A DNA stretch of 63,795 bases, the filler included, from Octopus bimaculoides (taxonomy: Eukaryota), in NCBI RefSeq assembly GCF_001194135.2. It is 7 parts of 7 records of this genome, joined end to end, with 100 filler letters (N's around TTAATTAATTAA, not from the genome) between each part and the next. Parts side by side here need not be neighbours in the genome. Positions count along the whole stretch, not along the records: positions 1 to 20,157 come from NC_068988.1; positions 20,258 to 34,480 come from NC_068981.1; 5 more parts are not named here. The stretch is one strand, 5' to 3'. The notes beneath the pieces were generated by a model. It saw nothing but the letters and a program-made list of their open reading frames with translations, had not been told where the DNA came from and did not search any database. The translations under genes were made by a program, and so were the position numbers. This document shows, in pieces, positions 13,684-27,597 of the stretch; within the stretch, counting starts at the first letter, position 1; each line of letters starts with the position of its first letter.

Positions 13684-15640
13684 GACAGAGAGCACCATTT
13701 GAGGTAGATCTAACTGCCATTTTGAGAAAGTCGAGATGTCTCGAGTCACCCTATTTTACTCATGAAACATGAAAACAAAAGTTGCTCCAGTTGGGGAAAT
13801 CTATTCACCGTAGACAGCATCAATAAAAACACTATTTATCTCTTCTGAATCTGCTACTAATCGTATACTTTGAAATAGTTATCTATTGTATTATTTATTG
13901 TAAATTACAATACACTATGGTGATGTTATCTTTCATACAACGTTCATTGTATGGTGAGAGTGAGAGAGAACTTATATTATGAAAAAATAATAAACTATTA
14001 TATTATTTCAGTTGATACGTTATTAAATTTTCAGCAATATTAGACCGAGTTTAAAGCTTTCAACTATGATACAAGTGATTACTAATGAATATAAAAAATA
14101 AGGACACAGCTATATGAATTAATTACATAACACTATAGAAAATATAATGGATAAATATTTGGAATAATCAGAAATGGTTCCACATAAATATACATACTTA
14201 TATACGCCCAAACATACTAACACATATTCGTTGCAAGTGTGTATGAATGTGTACGTGAGTGTGAGTGTGTGTGTGAGAGAGAGTNNNNNNNNNNNNNNNN
14301 NNNNNNNNNNNNNNNNNNNNNNNNNNNNNNNNNNNNNNNNNNNNNNNNNNNNNNNNNNNNNNNNNNNNNNNNNNNNNNNNNNNNNNNNNNNNNNNNNNNN
14401 NNNNNNNNNNNNNNNNNNNNNNNNNNNNNNNNNNNNNNNNNNNNNNNNNNNNNNNNNNNNNNNNNNNNNNNNNNNNNNNNNNNNNNNNNNNNNNNNNNNN
14501 NNNNNNNNNNNNNNNNNNNNNNNNNNNNNNNNNNNNNNNNNNNNNNNNNNNNNNNNNNNNNNNNNNNNNNNNNNNNNNNNNNNNNNNNNNNNNNNNNNNN
14601 NNNNNNNNNNNNNNNNNNNNNNNNNNNNNNNNNNNNNNNNNNNNNNNNNNNNNNNNNNNNNNNNNNNNNNNNNNNNNNNNNNNNNNNNNNNNNNNNNNNN
14701 NNNNNNNNNNNNNNNNNNNNNNNNNNNNNNNNNNNNNNNNNNNNNNNNNNNNNNNNNNNNNNNNNNNNNNNNNNNNNNNNNNNNNNNNNNNNNNNNNNNN
14801 NNNNNNNNNNNNNNNNNNNNNNNNNNNNNNNNNNNNNNNNNNNNNNNNNNNNNNNNNNNNNNNNNNNNNNNNNNNNNNNNNNNNNNNNNNNNNNNNNNNN
14901 NNNNNNNNNNNNNNNNNNNNNNNNNNNNNNNNNNNNNNNNNNNNNNNNNNNNNNNNNNNNNNNNNNNNNNNNNNNNNNNNNNNNNNNNNNNNNNNNNNNN
15001 NNNNNNNNNNNNNNNNNNNNNNNNNNNNNNNNNNNNNNNNNNNNNNNNNNNNNNNNNNNNNNNNNNNNNNNNNNNNNNNNNNNNNNNNNNNNNNNNNNNN
15101 NNNNNNNNNNNNNNNNNNNNNNNTATATAGCAGAGAAAGAAAGGTCAAATGATCCTTCCCGAGCTATAATCCTCAAAGTTCAGTTACCCGAATGCTGCTG
15201 GGTATATATTATCCCCATCACGGACGGGACGCGGGACCGTCGCGGGAATACTCGTATTTTCCAGCATAGAGGACTGAAGAAACGTCAAATGAAGTGTTTT
15301 GACCAAGAGCAGAACGGCTCGCCCAGTGCAGGCGTCGAAACCACAAATTTAGTCTCATCACCACAACAACCTAATGACTAATCCACGCGCTATAAATTAT
15401 AGGATTTAAATATTGGGTTAAGGAAAGCTTTTCAAGGAAAAATTCGGAAGCTTTTCAGAGAACTGCAGTCCATATCACCTAACATTTCGTTGGTACGAAT
15501 AAAGTTTGTTAAATGAATAGAGATATTCGAAGGATTGCATTGATTCTGTGATAGACAAGATATGCAGTTTCGTGTCCCAAATACAGTTTACATTTTATAT
15601 CTGAGCGGTTTTTTTTTTATGGTATTCTTTATACCTTTAT

Positions 15641-16085
15641 AAGGCGGCGAGCTGGCAGAATCACTAGCATGCCGAGCGAAATGCTCAGCGGTATTTCGTC
15701 AGCCGCAACGTTCTGAGTTCAGATTCCACCGCGGTTGACTTTGCCTTCCATTATTTCTGGATTGAGTACCAGTGAAACGCTGTGGTAGTTGAAATCGATT
15801 ATCCCCCTCTCCCAAATTTCAGGCCTTGTGCCTATAGCATAAAGGATTATTCATAGCTTTGTTAAGGCGGTGAGCTGGCAGAATCGTTAGCACGCCGGGC
15901 AAAATGCTTAGTGGAGTGTCGTCTGTCTTTACCTTCAAATTCAAATTCCACCGAGATTGACTTTGCTTATCTTCCTTTCAGGGTCGTTAAATTAAGTGCC
16001 AACGAAACTTTGGGGGTCGATGTATTCAAGTAGTTCCCTCACCTACATTGTGAGACCTTCTGTCAACAATACAAGGGATTATTTA
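15641..16085 (+). mobile_element. Two tandem tRNA-derived SINEs, family B
   Basis: Heads aaggcggcgagctggcagaat at 15641 and 15864, each with a gagttcagattcc/aattcaaattcc B box. Confidence 0.88.
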
Positions 16086-16545
16086 TAGTTTTTCCAAAAA
16101 GCAAAGTTCCACATTCTTTCCGATCTTTAAAATTCTTAGCACGTCAACAATACAAATATATATATATATATATATATANNNNNNNNNNNNNNNNNNNNNN
16201 NNNNNNNNNNNNNNNNNNNNNNNNNNNNNNNNNNNNNNNNNNNNNNNNNNNNNNNNNNNNNNNNNNNNNNNNNNNNNNNNNNNNNNNNNNNNNNNNNNNN
16301 NNNNNNNNNNNNNNNNNNNNNNNNNNNNNNNNNNNNNNNNNNNNNNNNNNNNNNNNNNNNNNNNNNNNNNNNNNNNNNNNNNNNNNNNNNNNNNNNNNNN
16401 NNNNNNNNNNNNNNNNNNNNNNNNNNNNNNNNNNNNNNNNNNNNNNNNNNNNNATTTGTATATATATTAAAAGAATTAAAGGTAATGTTATGCAACTTCG
16501 TAATAATCATTATTATAGTTGATACACACACGCACACACACACTC

Positions 16546-16599
<54 letters not shown>

Positions 16600-17057
16600 C
16601 TATATTCTTTTATTTGTTTCAGACATTTGACTGCTACCATGCTTCAGCACAGCAGTTAGTCGAACAAATCGTCCCCAGGACTTATTCTTCGTAACCCCAC
16701 TACTTATTCTATCGCTCTCTTTTGCCGAACCGCTCACTCATATATACATATATATATATAAACGCCACACATTCATATATACATATGTATATTTAGCTCA
16801 AGTCTTGCTTTTGTATGTTGGTTTCCTGACGATGAATTTATGTGCAATTCCAGCACCTCTTACTCCTTTGGAGTAGTGTGCACATATATTTTGAAACATA
16901 TGTAGGAATTAAAGGAACTTATTGAATATATAAAGCTATGGTGGACCCGAGGCTATAATAGAACACACTTGCACAAAGTGCCACCCAGTGGGTCTGAGCC
17001 CGAAGTCATGTGGTTGGTAAGTAAGCTACTTACCACACAGCCACTCCTGTGCCAATA

Positions 17058-17108
<51 letters not shown>

Positions 17109-19055
17109 CATATGTATGTGTGTATATATGTATATATATACGTATGTATATATGTATATATATATANNNNNNNNNNNNNNNNNNNNNNNNNNNNNNNNNN
17201 NNNNNNNNNNNNNNNNNNNNNNNNNNNNNNNNNNNNNNNNNNNNNNNNNNNNNNNNNNNNNNNNNNNNNNNNNNNNNNNNNNNNNNNNNNNNNNNNNNNN
17301 NNNNNNNNNNNNNNNNNNNNNNNNNNNNNNNNNNNNNNNNNNNNNNNNNNNNNNNNNNNNNNNNNNNNNNNNNNNNNNNNNNNNNNNNNNNNNNNNNNNN
17401 NNNNNNNNNNNNNNNNNNNNNNNNNNNNNNNNNNNNNNNNNNNNNNNNNNNNNNNNNNNNNNNNNNNNNNNNNNNNNNNNNNNNNNNNNNNNNNNNNNNN
17501 NNNNNNNNNNNNNNNNNNNNNNNNNNNNNNNNNNNNNNNNNNNNNNNNNNNNNNNNNNNNNNNNNNNNNNNNNNNNNNNNNNNNNNNNNNNNNNNNNNNN
17601 NNNNNNNNNNNNNNNNNNNNNNNNNNNNNNNNNNNNNNNNNNNNNNNNNNNNNNNNNNNNNNNNNNNNNNNNNNNNNNNNNNNNNNNNNNNNNNNNNNNN
17701 NNNNNNNNNNNNNNNNNNNNNNNNNNNNNNNNNNNNNNNNNNNNNNNNNNNNNNNNNNNNNNNNNNNNNNNNNNNNNNNNNNNNNNNNNNNNNNNNNNNN
17801 NNNNNNNNNNNNNNNNNNNNNNNNNNNNNNNNNNNNNNNNNNNNNNNNNNNNNNNNNNNNNNNNNNNNNNNNNNNNNNNNNNNNNNNNNNNNNNNNNNNN
17901 NNNNNNNNNNNNNNNNNNNNNNNNNNNNNNNNNNNNNNNNNNNNNNNNNNNNNNNNNNNNNNNNNNNNNNNNNNNNNNNNNNNNNNNNNNNNNNNNNNNN
18001 NNNNNNNNNNNNNGACCCGAGGCTATAATAGAACACACTTGCACAAAGTGCCACCCAGTGGGTCTGAGCCCGAAGTCATGTGGTTGGTAAGTAAGCTACT
18101 TACCACACAGCCACTCCTGTGCCAATAATATATATATATATGTAAATATATGTATAATATATATTTATACATATATATATGTATGTATATAAAGAAAACT
18201 TATGTTTGTGAGTGTTCGTGTATAGAAATACACACTCATAAATATACATACATGCATATATACATAACATAAATGCACATAGATGCATACTTACATATAT
18301 ATATATATATTGCGTACAAACAGATCACACAAGTATATACACACACTCGCATATAAATATGATACCAGCATGCATATACACACACACATGCATACATAAT
18401 AAACTCACATACATACACACATATACATATACACATACTGCTATTGTCTTCACATGGTTGCCGATAAAACACATGAATGTATGTGAGTTAGTCTATAGAT
18501 GCATCGCTGTGTTCCACACTAACCAAGATCCGATTCCGTGCCGACATCCAAGGATAATGAACAATTGCCAGACACTGAAATGTCACGAATCGAGATAGAT
18601 TCTAAAGAATTTTGGCTTATAAGGCCATCCGTTCTGCATTTGAAATTTTATTTTTGAAGTTGGATTTCATACTGTTATTGTATTGTTCTTGTTTTGTTTT
18701 CGTTGTTTTTGTTGTTATTGTTGATGCTGTTGTTGTTGTTGTTGTTGCTATTAATACTCTATTGATTATGTCTGCCATTGCGGTCTTCGTTTGTATTTTT
18801 GTTGTATAAATCTTTATCTACACTATAGATCTGTAAATGTCACAGCTATAGCTATTTTTGTTTTGCGCTTTGTATTTTTTTTTATTTTGTTATTTATTGT
18901 GCTTGTTATATATATATATTTTCTTTTAATGTTTTCGTTGTGCAAAAATGTTTTTGATAATTTTGATGATGTCTATTGTGTTTATGCTATTTTATTATGT
19001 TATTATTGACATTCTTCGTTTTGTTTATCATTCGCAACGTTGTTGCTATTATAGT

Positions 19056-19102
<47 letters not shown>

Positions 19103-20052
19103 TGCTTCATTATATTCATTATTGTGTAGTATTATTGAATAGATGATGTACAGTGAGTTCTTGTACTTCACATACAAGTTATACCTATTAATAATTGTTT
19201 CTCACGTAGACGAAAGACCTGAAATTGTTGAGGGGAAGGGTTAAGTCAACAGCAACCACCTCAGTACATGACTGGTATTAGTATTTTGTGTTATCGAGTC
19301 TGAAATGTTGAAAGGCCAAGTTGATTCACTTCAGCAAGATTCGAGCTCATAACATAGAAAGACCTGGAACAAATCGCAAGTAAAATTTTCCCGACCCACT
19401 AACGTACTAGAGACCCAAAAATGTTGTCGATTTAGACACAAGGTCCGGAATTTTGATAGTAGTTGTGTTTATTTGATACCATGGACCTCAGTGCATTGTT
19501 TGTATTATACTTTACCGTCTCCAATAGGATGAAAATCAAAGCTGAGATTAGTATTATTTGAGTTCAGAATGCCCGGGGATGGTTAAAATAGTGTAAAGCA
19601 TTTTCCTGGACTCCGAACAATTCTGCTTAACACACAGGGTTCAGGAATAACTTTTAATCATGCACTTCTAACATCGCTGTAAAGTGTAAACAAATATACA
19701 AAAACAAAAAATCTTTATTTTTATTTCCCCTTTCAAAGAAAACGTGTTTTCGTACTGAAATCTTTATAGAATCTCATCAGTGACTCAATAGGGAAAGGAT
19801 TAGCCAACAGCTTATTGCTAATGAGGAATAAAGAAAGTGGAAGTCAGATGAATGGTGGATCTAATGGGCATAACACTGAACATTTGAAACCTTGAAGTAA
19901 ATTTCAAACCATCAGGCAAAAAACAATGAATGCATGCTCATTATTAGTTAATTATTAGTTTATTTAATTAATCACATTGAGATCGGTCCCTTTTTGCACA
20001 AGAATTGATGCTTCAGTTGAGATACATCTATCTATCTATCTATCTATCTATA

Positions 20053-20157
<105 letters not shown>

Positions 20158-20327
20158 NNNNNNNNNNNNNNNNNNNNNNNNNNNNNNNNNNNNNNNNNNN
20201 NTTAATTAATTAANNNNNNNNNNNNNNNNNNNNNNNNNNNNNNNNNNNNNNNNNNNNATATGTATTGATTGATAGATAGATAGATAAATATTGATAGATA
20301 TGTATAGATAGATTGATAGATTGATGT

Positions 20328-20384
<57 letters not shown>

Positions 20385-20446
20385 TACATAGATAGATGGG
20401 TAGATAGATAGATGCATAGATACATAAATGGATTGATGGAGAGATA

Positions 20447-20498
20447 ACTTTCTTTTATTAGCCACACAGGGCTGCGCACAGAGGGGACAGATACAAAT
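20447..20498 (-). mobile_element. Short 5'-truncated copy of the L1/Tx1-like 3' tail inside a (GATA)n array
   Basis: Nearly identical to 24211-24262 and flanked by GATA repeats on both sides. Confidence 0.8.
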
Positions 20499-20550
20499 TG
20501 ATGGATAGATAGATACATAGACAGATAGATGGATATTAAATAGATATACT

Positions 20551-20622
<72 letters not shown>

Positions 20623-20982
20623 AGCAGATAAAAATGGATGTGTGCATCTGTGAATTATCATCCCTGTAATTTTCAGAACCTGAAACATGAACATTTTGGC
20701 TAATAAATGAAAAAAGATTAATCACAAATGAAGATAAGGGAAGTTATATTGATACATCAACATTCAATATTAATTGAATAAACGATTCCCTAGGAAAATG
20801 GATGCTGACTGTGCTAACAGAATTACAGAGTAAAGTGAAAATGTAAGTAGATGCATAAATACAAAACTGACATTATCATTTTCTTGCTTGCTTCGCAACT
20901 AGAAGGAACCAATCAAATTATTTCATTATTGGACGCATGCTTGCATTCATACATACACAGAAACATGCATACTTACCCATAA

Positions 20983-21015
<33 letters not shown>

Positions 21016-21038
21016 AATATACACACACATAGAAACAT

Positions 21039-21071
<33 letters not shown>

Positions 21072-21889
21072 GTATTTCTTTCTATATATATTGATATGCG
21101 TATGTGTTTCTGTATATATATCTATAAATGTATATGTATATATGTGTGTGTGTGTCTGTGTATGCGTGTGTACGTGCGTGTGTGTGTCTGTGTGTGTTTG
21201 TATACATCCAAGTATCAATGAGTGTGTGCATATATATCTGTGTGCGTTTGTGTGCTTGTGTGATTGTGTGTGAAACGGTAGATTTCGAGACGGTTCGAGA
21301 ATGTTTAATATTTTCCCCACATATAACTTCCATATTTATATTTCATTTGCATTAAGCACGCAACACTGCGCCCTTGAGTTGCAGTCTCCTTATTTTCGTG
21401 TATAAGAGGAAAAACAAACAAAAAAAAAAAACAGGAAAGTTATAAAAAAAAACAAAAAAACGTTGTATGAACGTTTGTCTAGTTTCGAGAGCGTAGGTGT
21501 CGTAACTACACTGTAACTACATTAACTTCAACTGAAATTTCGAATACATGCTGTTGGTGCATAAAAATATTTATTAGTTCTTCTATCACGCCGCTAACTA
21601 ACGAATGTGACATGCAAAGTATTCTAGGCTTTACAGTTAAATACTAGTTTATGACTAAGTTAGACTATAATTACTATGAAGTTATTTTTGAAACGAGAAG
21701 TTTAGAAGTTTTAGTCCTCTGAAGAATGGCCAACACGCCACGAAACATATCAGGGGATCTCTTTATATTTCTATGCGCGAGGAGAATAAGATGCTGTATG
21801 CACACATGTTTATTTCCCAGGGCATAGTGTTGTAAACTGTTGTCTATACAATTTCACACAAATTTTCCAATACACAATGTTTCAAAATA

Positions 21890-21935
<46 letters not shown>

Positions 21936-21945
21936 NNNNNNNNNN

Positions 21946-21993
<48 letters not shown>

Positions 21994-22217
21994 AAAGATG
22001 TGTTTGTGATTGTTATTAAATACACACGAATATCAATAAGAAAGTGAAAATAAAGATAAACCTGCCTAATGTGAATATTTAACATATAAATTTGCAGTCC
22101 CAATTTCCGACATTTTGTTACCTGGAGTTTCATAAATCTGTCTTTGGACGATTCTTGTGAAAGAACACATCTCTCTCTTAGTTTCATATCAGTCATCTAT
22201 CTAACTGTCTATCTATC

Positions 22218-22248
<31 letters not shown>

Positions 22249-22283
22249 CTACCTACCTACCTACCTAGTTTTCTATCTACCTA

Positions 22284-22334
<51 letters not shown>

Positions 22335-22454
22335 GCAAGTATGCCCGATTAACTAAGCATATGTTAATGAGAACACTTGTTAATATTACTTTTTACTGAG
22401 GTACAGCAATATTAAGCGATTGAAATTAAAGGATCTTTTGGTAGCAGAAGAATA

Positions 22455-22677
22455 GGAGTATATCTTCCCTGAGAGGTAACTTATTCCGAAACGTATTCCA
22501 TACTAATGTATGACCATTAGGATGTTTTCACATCCGTTCAATCTACATAGCTACGTTTTTAAAGAACTAACTGCAGAGTTCGAGTTGGTTGTCACATTGT
22601 ACATGTTTCAGGCGTTCTGCATACTATCTCTTTTCTTATGCACACACACTCACAAACACACACACACGCATGCATAC

Positions 22678-22756
<79 letters not shown>

Positions 22757-22912
22757 TGTGAGTGTTTACACATACATACATACAAACATACACACAAACA
22801 CATACACGCACACATACACACACAGATGTTCATATATATAATGCTCTGAATATATACACATACATATATATGTGTATATATATATATATGTATGTGTATA
22901 TGTATATATATG

Positions 22913-22994
<82 letters not shown>

Positions 22995-23194
22995 CACACA
23001 CACACATACATATATAACAAGAGAGATAGTATACTGAACGCCTGAAACGTACAATGTGACAATCAACTTGAACATTTATTTATTTAAAAACGTAGCTAAG
23101 TAGATTGAACGGATGTGAAAACAACCTAATGGTCATACATTTGTATGGAATACGTTTCGGAGTAAGTTACTTCTCAGAGAGAATATATACTTCT
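22455..23194. repeat. Foldback structure: ~180-bp inverted arms around a microsatellite core
   Basis: 22455-22640 is the reverse complement of 23017-23194 (e.g. ccgaaacgtattccatac / gtatggaatacgtttcgg), with an indel. Confidence 0.85.
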
Positions 23195-23865
23195 AGGGAT
23201 GTAGCATGACCCTGCCTGAGATTTGAAATCAAATCTCCCGGCTTGTTGCTAATGAAAACGAGAGCGAAATCCTTTCCACACCAGATCACTGATGAGGAAA
23301 CACTCGACTCCCTAGGACCTGTGATGGTCAAGGAAAGGTCAGCCCTTTGTTTAGGGTTTGACCTACAGTACTGACCATTGTCTATATAACCGAGAGAATT
23401 TCCTATCGCTTCCTCTTTTGTGTCAGTCAGACCAAGGAACGACACGTTCTTTTGCGTCAGTTAGACCAAGGAGCAACACACTGTTTTGCGTCAGCCATGA
23501 CCAAGAGCAGCACTTTCCTCGATCTCAAGAAAGACGATGACAACTCTATCCTTTCTAGTCAGCACCGTGCATTCCTTACTCTTTCACTCTCTACTGTCAG
23601 ACAACCTTTTTCTACACTATCAATTACTAGCCAGTGAGCTAACCTTGTTGTCACTATCACTAGAATTGCTACTCTCTCTTTAACTACCTGTCCGGCAAAC
23701 GAATAAACATATGTAAATAATATTTCTTCCCTCTTGGTGTTGATTCTTAGATGTTTACTGGTACTCCGACGAAAGAACCTTGAAGCGTTACATCTACACG
23801 CTACATGTGGTTGACGGCTACAACATACATCCCAAAGCATTACATTAGCCGCTACAATTGGTAGC

Positions 23866-24026
23866 GTAGAGATCTAGCTTGACCCTGCCTGAGATTTGAA
23901 ACCAAATCTACTTGTTTGTTGCTTGTCAAAACGAGAGGGAAATTCTCTCCACACCAGATGATTGATGAAGAAACAAGCAGGTAGATTTGGTTTCAAACCG
24001 CAGGCAGGAGCAAGCTAGATACCTAC
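23866..24026. mobile_element. Palindromic MITE-like element; truncated sister copy at 23192-23315
   Basis: ~55-bp TIRs gtagagatctagcttgaccctgcctgagatttgaaaccaaatctac / gtagatttggtttcaaaccgcaggcaggagcaagctagatacctac. Confidence 0.75.
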
Positions 24027-24210
24027 ATATTTCTATTCTTCCGCTACTAAAGGATCCTTAAATTCAATCGCTTAGTATTGCTGTACCTCAGTTAACGTAA
24101 CATTAACAAGTGTTGGTCATATTTGTGTATTAGTTGATCATATTTGTGCACGCACGCACGGACAGACAGACAAACACAAAGAGATAGATAGATAGATAGA
24201 TAGATAGATA

Positions 24211-25347
24211 ACTTTCTATTATTAGCCACACAGGGCTGCACACAGAGGGGACAAATACAACTGTAGAGCTTTTCTTTAAAAAAAAAAAAAAAAAATCCGA
24301 TCAAAAGGGATCGGTAGGGGCAACAAAAAATGGGGGTATCGTATATCACCGAAAATGTCAATTGTGTAAAAAGGGGTAACATTAGGTTTATCCATGGAGA
24401 GAAAAGCCTACAAAAAAGACCATGGTAACCTGAGCAGGGAATAGACACATGAGAGCGAAGTGCTCTCTCTCTCTCTCTCTCTTTTTTATATTTTTTTCTC
24501 GATTTATAGGATCATGCTCAAAGAGGTATCGTCACTCGCACGCACTATCTTTGCTACATTCACCCACCTTTTAATGAAACTTTCACGAGACAAAAACTGT
24601 CTCTCTATTCTCACCTTCCTTTTCAATTGATACTTGAAAAAGTTGATGAGCGATTGGCCAGAGAGGTAAGTTTTCCTCTCTNNNNNNNNNNNNNNNNNNN
24701 NNNNNNNNNNNNNNNNNNNNNNNNNNNNNNNNNNNNNNNNNNNNNNNNNNNNNNNNNNNNNNNNNNNNNNNNNNNNNNNNNNNNNNNNNNNNNNNNNNNN
24801 NNNNNNNNNNNNNNNNNNNNNNNNNNNNNNNNNNNNNNNNNNNNNNNNNNNNNNNNNNNNNNNNNNNNNNNNNNNNNNNNNNNNNNNNNNNNNNNNNNNN
24901 NNNNNNNNNNNNNNNNNNNNNNNNNNNNNNNNNNNNNNNNNNNNNNNNNNNNNNNNNNNNNNNNNNNNNNNNNNNNNNNNNNNNNNNNNNNNNNNNNNNN
25001 NNNNNNNNNNNNNNNNNNNNNNNNNNNNNNNNNNNNNNNNNNNNNNNNNNNNNNNNNNNNNNNNNNNNNNNNNNNNNNNNGTCGCACCTCCCCTCCACTA
25101 ATCCTCTATAGAACGATTTTGTGGAATCAAAGTTGCACAAGATTGGTCCCGGATGGCAGAGTTGCTTGAGAGCAACGCAACACTCGCGGTGCCATTCGCC
25201 GAGCCTAGGTCTCTGTTTAATCCACGATTGCAGTTCGGCTAAGGAGACGAGCTGCGGGAAAGCGCGCCGCACAAACGGCGACCACACCTGTTCACCGTCG
25301 TCTAGGAAGCGCCGGAGATGTTGCAGTCTCAGCGCATGTCTGCGCAT
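24211..25347 (-). mobile_element. 5'-truncated L1/Tx1-like LINE (ORF2 C-terminus plus 3' UTR), gapped
   Basis: MRRHALRLQHLRRFLDDGEQVWSPFVRRAFPQL...STKSFYRGLVEGRCD resembles the post-RT region of L1/Tx1 ORF2. The 3' UTR ends gctaataatagaaagt and both ends abut (TATC)n. Confidence 0.65.
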
Positions 25348-25394
<47 letters not shown>

Positions 25395-25603
25395 CATACA
25401 TAGATAGATAGGTAAGTAGGTAGGTAGGTAGGTAGGTAAATAGGTTGGTAGATTAATTGATTGATTGATTGATTATATATAACTACTCACGTAGTAACAT
25501 ACATATCTACCCTATAGATGCACATGTTCACACACACCCTTACTCATTCACAGATAGACACATAGACACACACTTACACAGACAACCTGAATACACACAA
25601 CCT

Positions 25604-25650
<47 letters not shown>

Positions 25651-25928
25651 CAGGTGAACAAATACAACGGGTCGTACACAACTCTATTTGTACGGGTGTT
25701 TATCCATGCTGTGCGTTTGCGTGCGAGGCGATGATTGCTCATCGCCCCGTAAATTAAATTGTGATGACTGATAATAGATTTATATGTTGTGTTTGAATGT
25801 AAAAGGTGTTCTTCCGAAACGCACCGAACTATGTATGTATGTATGTATGTATGTATGTATGTATATGTGTGCGCTTATGTATGTCTATGTGTTTGTGTGT
25901 GTGTGTGAGTATATATATACACATATGC

Positions 25929-25974
<46 letters not shown>

Positions 25975-26034
25975 ATATATACACATGTGTGTACGTGTGT
26001 GCATGTGTGTGTGCGTGCATACGTGCAACATACA

Positions 26035-26076
<42 letters not shown>

Positions 26077-26533
26077 CATACACACACACACATATATATA
26101 TATGTATATTATATATGATATATACATATATGTATATATATANNNNNNNNNNNNNNNNNNNNNNNNNNNNNNNNNNNNNNNNNNNNNNNNNNNNNNNNNN
26201 NNNNNNNNNNNNNNNNNNNNNNNNNNNNNNNNNNNNNNNNNNNNNNNNNNNNNNNNNNNNNNNNNNNNNNNNNNNNNNNNNNNNNNNNNNNNNNNNNNNN
26301 NNNNNNNNNNNNNNNNNNNNNNNNNNNNNNNNNNNNNNNNNNNNNNNNNNNNNNNNNNNNNNNNNNNNNNNNNNNNNNNNNNNNNNNNNNNNNNNNNNNN
26401 NNNNNNNNNNNNNNNNNNNNNNNNNNNNNNNNNNNNNNNNNNNNNNNNNNNNNNNNNNNNATATATATATATATATATATATATGTACATACACACATAC
26501 ATGTATATATATCTATCTATACACGCACACACA

Positions 26534-26574
<41 letters not shown>

Positions 26575-26989
26575 GTACATACATGCACACATACATTACA
26601 AACATACGTACATACCTGCGTACATACACACTCACGCGCACACATATATATCTGCACAATACACTCTGGTAGGTGCTGAGGGAGTGATGTCAGGTTTAGA
26701 AAATTGCTTTTTTTAAATAGAACACTACTCAGCTGTATAGATGCACAATCTCTACAACAACACCCGAAGCATCAACAACAACGAAACTAATAAGAACAGG
26801 ACGGCTGCACTAGCGGTAATAATGGCAGCGAGAACTGCAGCAGCAATAATAAGAAAACAACTATTGATGCAACAACAACAACAACAACAACAACAACAAC
26901 TATAGCAATGAAAATAGAACCAGTATTAGCAGCGATAGCAACAATGACAATATTAACAACAACGATAAGAACAAGACCAGAAAAAAAAA

Positions 26990-27146
26990 AGGAGTGGCTC
27001 TGTGGTAAGTAGCTTGCTTACCAACCACATGGTTCTGGTTTCAGTCTCACTGCGTGACATCTTGGGCAGGTGTCTTCTACTATAGCCTCGGGCCGACCAA
27101 AGCCTTGAGAGTGGATTTGCTAGACGGAAACTGAAAGAAGCTCGTC

Positions 27147-27198
<52 letters not shown>

Positions 27199-27410
27199 TT
27201 GTGTGTCTGTGTTTGTGTCCTCAACATCGCTTGACAACCGATGGTGGTGTGTTTATGTCCCGGTAACTTAGCGGTTCGGCAAAAGAGACCGATAGAATAA
27301 GTATTAGGCTTACAAAGAATAAGTACCGGGGTCGATTTGCTTGACTAAAGGCGATGCTCCAGCATGGCCGCAGTCAAATAACTGAAACAAGTAAAAGAGT
27401 AAAAGAGTAA
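26990..27410 (+). mobile_element. tRNA-derived SINE, family A, full length
   Basis: Colinear with 13270-13683. Confidence 0.9.
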
Positions 27411-27597
27411 CTATAACAACAGCTATGGTTATAATGACAGTGATAGTAACAGCAATAGCCAAAACAACGTGAATAGAAGTGGTAACGACACCAGCAACAA
27501 CAACAACAGCACAGCCAGCTGGAGAAACAATAGAAGCAGTAATAACAGCAATTATAATGGCAATAGCAACAATTACAGCAACGGAAACAAGAATTAG

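Noticed and set aside
16944-18136. Identical ~120-bp sequence on both sides of a gap (also 11240-11317 versus 11870-11945)
   Set aside because: Most simply explained by overlapping, unmerged contig ends.
20202-20213. TTAATTAATTAA islands inside N runs (also 34525, 56416, 58309, 60356, 62438)
   Set aside because: An identical 12-mer centred in gaps that gives stops in all six frames; scaffolding filler, not biology.
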